DNA from: Planctomycetota bacterium
GTDB taxonomy: Bacteria > Planctomycetota > SZUA-567 > H5-PLA8
DNA: 64,000 nucleotides
Direction of reading: 5' to 3'
Assembly (NCBI GenBank): GCA_038227875.1
Contig: JBBRPR010000026.1
Span: forward strand, 32,001-96,000
Shown here one piece after another: positions 57,007-64,000 of the stretch; within the stretch, counting starts at the first letter, position 1; each line of letters begins with the position of its first letter. The notes under the pieces are model-generated. The model worked only from the letters and a program-made list of their open reading frames with translations, was not told the origin of the DNA and ran no database searches. The position numbers and the translations under genes are program-made.

Positions 57007-57107
57007 AACGGAGTCATTGGTCATTTACGGAGAGCGATAGACAGGCCCTTCGATTTGCCAGCCCGCTCCTCGTAAATGAAAAATGCCCGATGACCAATGA
57101 CTCCGTT
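57007..57107. repeat. Hairpin element with GTCATTG heptamer arms between convergent genes
   Basis: 18-bp perfect inverted repeat AACGGAGTCATTGGTCAT / ATGACCAATGACTCCGTT plus further degenerate heptamers. Confidence 0.8.
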
Positions 57108-57569
57108 TCACCCATTTCTCCCGCAGCACTTCTTAAACTTCCGCCCGCTCCCGCACGTACACGGATCGTTCGGCATCGTCTTCTTCTCCGCCCGTAGGGT
57201 GTGTGTCGGAATAATCGGGTCCTGATCGTCGCTGGCCGGTTGTTCCCGACTTGGGCGCGCTTGCGGTTGGCCGGGCGCTTGGAATTTCGGGCTCTGCCCC
57301 GCGTCGCGCGCCTGCTTTTTGGCTTGAGCTTTCTCCATCGCCGCAAGCTTCAATGCTTCCGGCGGGAGTGAATCGGTGCCGAGGACCGTACAGAAATACG
57401 GCTCGACGCCGCTCATCAACGCCGACGCTCCCGCCCGCTTCGCCGCGGGATTGGGAGCGAACTTGCCGCACTCCATCCGCGTGTAATCGTCGGCATGACA
57501 GCAGGGCCGCCCGCCTTGCAGATCGAAGCCCAGGTGCGGGCAACTGGGAGTGCCTACCATTTGGTCCAT
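57108..57569 (-). CDS. SEC-C motif protein with Cys-rich N-terminal domain
   Basis: PNDPCTCGSGRKFKKCCG at C-terminus. Confidence 0.85.
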   Translation of the reverse strand: MDQMVGTPSCPHLGFDLQGGRPCCHADDYTRMECGKFAPNPAAKRAGASALMSGVEPYFCTVLGTDSLPPEALKLAAMEKAQAKKQARDAGQSPKFQAPGQPQARPSREQPASDDQDPIIPTHTLRAEKKTMPNDPCTCGSGRKFKKCCGRNG

Positions 57570-57573
57570 GCGT

Positions 57574-59199
57574 CTATTGCCCCTTCGCCTTCGTCGTGTC
57601 CGGCTTCTCGTTTTTCGCGAACCAGTTCAGCAGCACTTTTTTGCGGTCGGTGTCGGTCGCCGCGGGTGTGTGATGATCTTTGTCGACCGGCAGATTTTCA
57701 TGCTCGACGCTCCAGCCCGGCCATTCGCGGTAGGCATGGTACGACCAGTCCCACCCGTATTCTTCGAAGATGCTGACGCAGTCTTCCAGATACCTCGCCG
57801 CGCCTGGCGCCCAGCGGATGGCGCTGAATTCGCCGACGTAAATGTGAACATTGTACGCGCGCTGAAAATCGCGCACCGGCTGCAGCACTTTTTTCAGAGC
57901 GTCCTTGTCGTACTGCTTGCCGTCAATCGTGCCGGGGTAGGTGATGCCCACCGTTTTGCTGAAGACGCCCTGATGCGTAAACGTGTGCGGCGTATACATG
58001 TGAACCTGGTAGACGACGTTGGGCACGTCAATGGGCGTCAGCCATGCGAACGCTTCCGGCGAATCCCAGTTCTCCGATTCGATGATGATCGCCGTCTTCG
58101 CATCGATCGCGCGGATCGCCCTGGCAGCGCGAACTTGCGTGGCGAGGCTGTCCATGCCCGGCAGCGTGAGCTTGTTGCAGGTCGGCTCGTTGACCAGGTC
58201 GTAACCCCAGACCGCGGAATTGTCCTTGTAGCGTTTGGCGATCTTCTCCCAGACCGCGACGAAATGGTCCTGGTACTTCTTTTCGTAGAACATCGCCATG
58301 TCGCGATTTTCGTCGCGTCCGCCGGGTGGCGAATGCAGATCGATCACCGCCTTGATGCCGTACTTTTTGCACGCCGCGAGCGCCTGATCGAGCTCGTCGA
58401 GACGGCCGTTGAGCCACGAGTCATATTCGTCGAGGTCCCGCTCCGTGCCGTTCTGCCCCCAGTTGCGCGTGATCTGCCAGCGGATCAGATTTGCCTTCCA
58501 CTCCATGCCAAGATTGCGCAGATCCTCATCCTTGAACGCATTCGGCGACATCACCCCGCGCAATCGCGGCAGATCGTGTCCCTTATAAGGAGGCGCGGCC
58601 TTGGGATCCGGCTCCGGCAATATCGGCGAGCGAGTCCGCAAGATTTTCGCGCGAAGTTCCCGGAACCACGCCTTGCCCGAACTGTCCTGAAGACCCAGGC
58701 AGATTTCCCCCGCGCCGGCATCCTCGGGAATCGGCACCGCGAAGCTCAGCGTTTTCCAATCGAATGTTCCAAAGACGTCGGTCTGATTCACCCAACGCTC
58801 GCCGCTCGCCGCTTTGAAATGAAGCATGAATTTGACGCCGTTGTAGCCGTGCTCCGGCCGGGAAACGCCGTCCGCTTTTGCCTGGCCTTCGAATTCCAGC
58901 GACAGCCCGCGGTACGGCGTCAGGTCGATCGGCAGCGCAATCATCTGTGCCACCGGCCGAGCACCCGCTGTCGCTTCCGCGGCCTCGACGCGCAAACTCA
59001 TTGCGGCTTTCGGCCCGTCCGGCGTCCAGGTGGTGCTGGGCAGCAGTTTCCACGTCTCGCGATCCGCTGGCGTATCGAAGTCGATCTTCAACACCGTCGC
59101 TCCGCGCTCCAAGGCTGGAGCCGCAGCTTCGCCCGCCGCGGCGGCAAACCCACCCGCGAGCGCCAAAATCAGAATCCATTTCAAAATCGTCGCATTCAT
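57574..59199 (-). CDS. Secreted glycoside hydrolase family 5 (cellulase-like) with N-terminal CBM-like domain
   Basis: IDLHSPPGG, YDLVNEP (acid/base), HMY, YVGEF (nucleophile); signal peptide. Confidence 0.9.
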   Translation of the reverse strand: MNATILKWILILALAGGFAAAAGEAAAPALERGATVLKIDFDTPADRETWKLLPSTTWTPDGPKAAMSLRVEAAEATAGARPVAQMIALPIDLTPYRGLSLEFEGQAKADGVSRPEHGYNGVKFMLHFKAASGERWVNQTDVFGTFDWKTLSFAVPIPEDAGAGEICLGLQDSSGKAWFRELRAKILRTRSPILPEPDPKAAPPYKGHDLPRLRGVMSPNAFKDEDLRNLGMEWKANLIRWQITRNWGQNGTERDLDEYDSWLNGRLDELDQALAACKKYGIKAVIDLHSPPGGRDENRDMAMFYEKKYQDHFVAVWEKIAKRYKDNSAVWGYDLVNEPTCNKLTLPGMDSLATQVRAARAIRAIDAKTAIIIESENWDSPEAFAWLTPIDVPNVVYQVHMYTPHTFTHQGVFSKTVGITYPGTIDGKQYDKDALKKVLQPVRDFQRAYNVHIYVGEFSAIRWAPGAARYLEDCVSIFEEYGWDWSYHAYREWPGWSVEHENLPVDKDHHTPAATDTDRKKVLLNWFAKNEKPDTTKAKGQ

Positions 59200-59242
59200 A
59201 CGCGCGAGCCTAATACGCCCAGCCAACCCGCGCCAGCGCGCC

Positions 59243-59270
59243 GTTTGTAGTCCGGGCGACCGGCTCGGAC
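59243..59270 (+). repeat. GTAG-type REP copy
   Basis: GTTTGTAGTCCGGGCGACCGGCTCGGAC. Confidence 0.75.
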
Positions 59271-59411
59271 AATCAGAGTCCGTCGCCTCATGTAGTGCAC
59301 TGTAATATCAAGTCTGTAGCCACGATTGATAGAGTTTTCCATCGACTCGGCACTTTCGACGGTGTAATACGATGGCACAGATTATAGTACAGAGCTACAG
59401 AGGTCGTGCCC

Positions 59412-60506
59412 ATGAAAGCCACCGAGACTCACGGTTCCGCCCAGATCGCTGCGACACTGAAGAACCGCATGATCGCCGGCGAGATTCAGCTCGGCGCGTA
59501 CCTCTCCAGCATCCGCACGCTCAGCCACGAATTCGGCTGCGCGCCGCTCACGGCGCAGCGTGCGCTGAAGCTGCTCTCAGACGAAGGCCTCGTCGTCGCC
59601 GAACCCCGCCGTGGCTACCGCGCCACGCGCCACGGCATGATTCCGAAAACGCACGAGACCGTCGCCTTTCTCGAACTCACGACCGGCTTCGAACGCTACA
59701 TCGGCGAGCTTTACCACGCGCAGCTCTCCGCGCTGCAAAACCAGGCGCTGAAACGCGGCTGGATCTCCGCGGTGCTGCCGTATCAGGGCCAGTCGCCGGA
59801 GGTCATCGCCGAACAACTGCGCAACATGGGTGCGACCGCGTTGATTCTGCAGGACATCGGCGACCAGTTTCCACCCGGATTTCCCTCTGCGTTAATGGCG
59901 CTGGGGCTGCCGACCGTCGGGCTGGATGAATCGTCGCGCGCTCCGGGCATGGACCTGGTGCTGCGCGATGAAATGCAGGGCGCCGCGCTGGCCGCGGAGC
60001 ATCTCATCCGCAAAGGTCATCGTAAAATCGGTTGGTACGGGCCGCTCAAAGTCACCTTTAACTCCCGAAGACGCTTCGCAGGCGCGGCCGAAGCCTTGAT
60101 GCGCGCCGACATCTCCATCGACGCGCAGGGCTGGCGCGAGATCGACGACGCGTCCGACACCGCCGTCGCGCGAAAATATCTACAGCGCGCCGACAGGCCG
60201 CGCGCGATCCTGGCGCTCTGGCAGAGTTCCGCCCGCGCCCTGGCGCGCGCCGCGCGCGAATTGGGGCTCAAGCTCGGCGAAGATTTGGAACTCGTCGGCT
60301 GGTCGCTCGACGAACATCTCGACAGCGACTACATCGCCGACTGCCCCGAGCTGCGGAAAAAGTGCGCCGCTGTGACCTGGTCCCTGACCGATGTCGCTCA
60401 CTCCGTCTTCAACCGCATCGAAGACCGCCGCCGTGAGCCCGGCCTTCCCACCGCCAAACTGCTGCTGCCGATGAAACTGCGCGTGCCGGCCGCAGTGCGG
60501 AAATAA
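59412..60506 (+). CDS. GntR-HTH / LacI-type sensor transcriptional regulator (AraR-like)
   Basis: N-terminal GntR wHTH (SIRTLS..FG....TAQRAL..L..EG), AAEHLIRKGHRKIG. Confidence 0.9.
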   Translation: MKATETHGSAQIAATLKNRMIAGEIQLGAYLSSIRTLSHEFGCAPLTAQRALKLLSDEGLVVAEPRRGYRATRHGMIPKTHETVAFLELTTGFERYIGELYHAQLSALQNQALKRGWISAVLPYQGQSPEVIAEQLRNMGATALILQDIGDQFPPGFPSALMALGLPTVGLDESSRAPGMDLVLRDEMQGAALAAEHLIRKGHRKIGWYGPLKVTFNSRRRFAGAAEALMRADISIDAQGWREIDDASDTAVARKYLQRADRPRAILALWQSSARALARAARELGLKLGEDLELVGWSLDEHLDSDYIADCPELRKKCAAVTWSLTDVAHSVFNRIEDRRREPGLPTAKLLLPMKLRVPAAVRK

Positions 60507-60522
60507 CGGAGCTTAAATTTTC

Positions 60523-62745
60523 ATGCTGATCAAGCGTCGTCTACTCTTCGCGCTGCTGTTTTCGATTCTTTCCGCCGCGTGCATGGCGGGAGAGGCCACT
60601 GCGGAATTCCTCGAGGATCCGAAGTTCGTCCCGCCCGAACCGCTCGCGCGCGGCAAGGAGTATCGCCCACCCGGCTCGCCCATCACGACGGAAAAGCAGC
60701 CGGTCATCTGGGCCTGGCGCCTGACGCTCGCCGACGGCTCCGGGCTGGCGTTCGGCGGCCGTTCGCTGCGCACCGAAGACCCGGCCGTGCACACGCAGAT
60801 ACGTCAGAACGGTGAATGGAAATCGATCGTCGACGAACTGCGCACGAAAAATCCACTGCAGCCGCACCATGACGCGCTGGCCGCGCTGCGTTGGCCGCTG
60901 CTTCACATCACTGGCCTTGCGCGCCAGGTTTATTTTCAGGGCCGCGATGAAGCCGCGGAGAAAGCGTTCCTGGAAAAAGAAGTCGCGCCGAAAGTTTCCG
61001 AGCTTACCGCCAAACTCAAAGACGCCACCGCCGCGCTCGCCAAATCCAATGGAGCCGACGCGTACTGCGCCGCTCAAGTCGCTCTGGCGCAGGCGCATCT
61101 CGCCAAAGTTACTCCGGCGCTCGACGCGCTGGGCACACATATCGCCGGCGAAAAGCTCGACGCGCTCCGCCAGGCGCGCATCGAATTGGAAGAAGCCGCC
61201 GATGCGCTCGACGCCGAACCGCCGGTGCGCGCGCACAGCAAAATCGCCTATGACTCCAAGAGCGGCCTCTTCGCGATCTTCGGCGGCGACCACCTCGATT
61301 ACCTCTCCAACGATCTCTGGAGTTTCGATCCCAAAGTGCAACGCTGGCAGCAGCGCCATCCCAAGACCGCTCCCGAACCGCGCGCGCTTCATTTTCTGGA
61401 CAGCGACGGCGCAGGAAAATTGAAACTGCGTGGCGGTTACCTCTATGGCGGCCGGGCCGGTTTCGAAAGTACCTACGGTCACGCTGGCCCCGACGAATGG
61501 ATTTACGATCTCGCCGCCGATACTTGGACTGGCCCGGCCGGCGCGCAAGCTTCCGCCGGTGATCTTCGGCAGTACCGCCAGGGCAACGCGATTCCGGATT
61601 TCTTCACGCCCGCGCCGCGTCCGGACGCCATTGCCGCGGCCAAGACACTGGCCGATCTTCCCGCCAACGCGTGGGTGGATCTGAAGCCCGCGCGCCGCTT
61701 CACGTGGAACCGCGATTGGGGCACGCTCGCGTTCGACACCGACCGCGACGAAATTTATTGGTACACCGGCGGCCACTCCGCCTATCCCGGCAACGACGTC
61801 GCGCACTACTACCTGGCGACTAATTGCTGGGATCAGCCGGTCGAGACGGAACTGCCGCCCGGTTACATCGGGTCCAACGAGGCGATGATCGGCTGGAGCT
61901 TCAACCACCGCCCGTTCATGGGCCACAGTTACGCTTCGTACGCTTACCATCCGCTGCTGCATAAAATGATCGTCAACGGCCGCCAGACGCTCAACGGCAA
62001 GGCTCACGACGCCAACACCTATGTCTACGATCCCGACCACGGCGACTGGCAGGAACGCAAACCCACGCCCATTAGCTTCGACCGCCACCACGCCAAGCTC
62101 CGCTACATTCCAAATTTCGGCATGATCACCTGGTACGCCGACAAACTCTGGAAGTTTGATGACGCCGCGCTGACATGGAGTGCGCTGGACGTGAAGGGCA
62201 AGCTGCCCAGCACGATCTGCGATCACAGTGGACTGATCTTCGACGCCAAGCGCAGCCGCATCCTCTTTTTCAGCGGCGGCAGCTACAGCGGCGTCCCGTA
62301 TTCCGGCGAAGTTTTTGCGCTGGCGATTCCGTCACTGGAAGTGACGTCGTTCAAGCCGGAAGGCTCCGAGCACATCGAAGCGCTCTCCTGTTTCAACGCC
62401 AAAGGTCAGAAGCAGGATCCCGCTGTCGTTTGGGTCCTGCGCGAAGTCGCGCACCATCCCGATGCCGATCTCTTCCTCTTCGGCTCCAAACTTTCCGGCG
62501 GCTACATGGCCGCGCTCGACGCGAAGACCAACCGCTGGGTCGGCCTGAAAATCCCCGGCCCATGGCCAATGGGCCTGAGCGCCGGCCTGACCTACGACGC
62601 GAAGCGCGACCGCTTCATCGCCGTCGGCACGCGCGCCGACGTCTCCGCGTTGAAACTCGACGTCAAATCCGTCGAACTAAAAACCTTCGCCGAGATCGCC
62701 GCCGAAAACCCCAAGCCCCCGCCGCCCGCGCCCGCCGCGAAGTGA
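60523..62745 (+). CDS. Secreted Kelch/beta-propeller repeat protein
   Basis: Signal peptide; repeated YD....IFGG....DLW.FD....W units. Confidence 0.8.
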   Translation: MLIKRRLLFALLFSILSAACMAGEATAEFLEDPKFVPPEPLARGKEYRPPGSPITTEKQPVIWAWRLTLADGSGLAFGGRSLRTEDPAVHTQIRQNGEWKSIVDELRTKNPLQPHHDALAALRWPLLHITGLARQVYFQGRDEAAEKAFLEKEVAPKVSELTAKLKDATAALAKSNGADAYCAAQVALAQAHLAKVTPALDALGTHIAGEKLDALRQARIELEEAADALDAEPPVRAHSKIAYDSKSGLFAIFGGDHLDYLSNDLWSFDPKVQRWQQRHPKTAPEPRALHFLDSDGAGKLKLRGGYLYGGRAGFESTYGHAGPDEWIYDLAADTWTGPAGAQASAGDLRQYRQGNAIPDFFTPAPRPDAIAAAKTLADLPANAWVDLKPARRFTWNRDWGTLAFDTDRDEIYWYTGGHSAYPGNDVAHYYLATNCWDQPVETELPPGYIGSNEAMIGWSFNHRPFMGHSYASYAYHPLLHKMIVNGRQTLNGKAHDANTYVYDPDHGDWQERKPTPISFDRHHAKLRYIPNFGMITWYADKLWKFDDAALTWSALDVKGKLPSTICDHSGLIFDAKRSRILFFSGGSYSGVPYSGEVFALAIPSLEVTSFKPEGSEHIEALSCFNAKGQKQDPAVVWVLREVAHHPDADLFLFGSKLSGGYMAALDAKTNRWVGLKIPGPWPMGLSAGLTYDAKRDRFIAVGTRADVSALKLDVKSVELKTFAEIAAENPKPPPPAPAAK

Positions 62746-62748
62746 GCT

Positions 62749-62775
62749 GTTTGTAGTCCGGGCGGCCCGCTCGGA
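62749..62775 (+). repeat. GTAG-type REP copy
   Basis: GTTTGTAGTCCGGGCGGCCCGCTCGGA. Confidence 0.75.
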
Positions 62776-62820
62776 GAAGCGAGGTCCGGCTACTCTCCCT
62801 CGTGGGGTCCATGTTGCTGG

Positions 62821-63021
62821 TCACCACGGCGGATTCAGAAAGAAGTCCTGAGCACTCAAGACCGTTACAAACGTCCCCATTAGAATAGAAAGCCAATAGA
62901 AAATTTCCGACTCGCTGCGATGGTGAACTCTCCACATGCGACCGAAATACTGCCCGGTCAGAAGTGAATAGCCGGTCATGGACCCGGCGAACAAAGCAAC
63001 AAGCAGAGTTAGAAACTGCAT
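62821..63021 (-). CDS. Small hypothetical 2-TM membrane protein
   Basis: GGAG upstream; two hydrophobic helices; AT-richer. Confidence 0.5.
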   Translation of the reverse strand: MQFLTLLVALFAGSMTGYSLLTGQYFGRMWRVHHRSESEIFYWLSILMGTFVTVLSAQDFFLNPPW

Positions 63022-63338
63022 TCAACTCTCCAGCGCGAAATCACGCACTTCATCACACATTCGTATAACGGTCCCTGCAGTCAACTAACCACTAACGCGT
63101 CCGCATTTCAAGAATGACGTCACGTTCTCTAACTCTGCTTCACAGTCTTGTGCGCCGACGCGCAGGACGCCCCAACCGGGCGCAATGTGAAAGCCCGGCA
63201 ACGCCCCGGGAAAATTAGCACGTGGAATCTCCACAGCTCTGAAAGAGCGAGATCGGATCGCTCTGCAGGAACAATTTTAACGCCACGCTTTGCGCAAGAA
63301 AACACCCGCTTACGCGTTAATCCAGCAGAGCGAATCTT

Positions 63339-64000
63339 ATGCAGACACGCCACGCGGACCGTATCGCCACCGGAATTACCAACGTCTCACTGGTAGCCAT
63401 GGTCGGCGCGTTCAGTATTCGGTTCCTCCTCTATGGGGAAGATCGTTTCTGGAATGCGATCGCCGAATCGCAGGGCATCGCCGCGTTACTGGGCATGTTG
63501 CTGGCCATCTCGCCGGCCTTGTGGCTCTGGCGAACGTGGATGCTCACGCGCATGCCCGCTTCAACGCGTTCCGTTCGGTGGAGATTCGTTGCGGGACTGT
63601 TGAGCTACTGGCTGCTCTGGCTGGGGCTGCTGCAAGCGCTGGTGATGCGCTTGCCGTTTAGGGAATGGTTTTCGACTCACGCACTGCCTGTCTATCTACT
63701 GCTCACCTGCGCTCCGCCCGCGGTGCCGTGGCTGATGTCCACGATGAAGTGGCTTCGTGGCAAACGGCTAACTGGCGCGAATACAACCGGACTGTTTCAC
63801 GCGCCGTGGTTTTCGAGCGCCGCTGTCGCCACGTTGATCTCGCCGCTTGTCCTGCTCTATGGTGGCGCGCTGTACCACAGCTGCTGGACCCCCAGCTTTC
63901 TACAACGGCCGCTTGTCTCCTCGTTCAAGAACATCCGATGCTACACATTTGAGGAGGGCGAAAACACGCGCTGGTTCCTCTGGCACCACGTCCAAGCCTA
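63339..64000 (+). CDS. Hypothetical multi-pass membrane protein, runs off the window end (partial)
   Basis: Own translation MQTRHADRIATGITNVSLVAMVGAFSIRFLL...; no stop before 64000; several TM segments. Confidence 0.6.
   Translation, partial: MQTRHADRIATGITNVSLVAMVGAFSIRFLLYGEDRFWNAIAESQGIAALLGMLLAISPALWLWRTWMLTRMPASTRSVRWRFVAGLLSYWLLWLGLLQALVMRLPFREWFSTHALPVYLLLTCAPPAVPWLMSTMKWLRGKRLTGANTTGLFHAPWFSSAAVATLISPLVLLYGGALYHSCWTPSFLQRPLVSSFKNIRCYTFEEGENTRWFLWHHVQA

Noticed and set aside
63129..63952. Short ORFs listed in the track near the window end
   Set aside because: A single open frame from 63339 to the end, encoding a membrane protein, explains the region better.

Overview
This is a GC-rich bacterial chromosomal segment with about 50 protein-coding genes. 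I found no rRNA, tRNA, CRISPR array, integrase or transposase. Zn-ribbon Ser/Thr kinase, several secreted HEAT-repeat proteins, a DUF2950-like pilin and oleA suggest Planctomycetota, but that is inference. Housekeeping genes (priA, tal, tsaD, lipA, ubiX, pilD) are mixed with carbohydrate-active, lipid and hypothetical genes. The best candidate for an undescribed system is at about 51960-53690. A 15-codon leader ORF contains a 9-nt exact complement of the downstream ribosome-binding site. It precedes a divergent RbfA paralog that is translationally coupled (ATGA overlap) to an RtcB RNA ligase with intact motifs. This could be a translation-stress-inducible 30S/16S rRNA repair module analogous to RtcB2-PrfH. 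Other points of note: a PhyH-family Fe/2OG enzyme with a halogenase-type HxG motif, oleAB without oleCD, a 1.7-kaa internally duplicated glycoside hydrolase-like protein, and several families of intergenic palindromes (heptamer-arm hairpins, GTAG-type REPs, twin CCATGG-centred palindromes). All functional calls come from reading motifs by eye; no database search was run.
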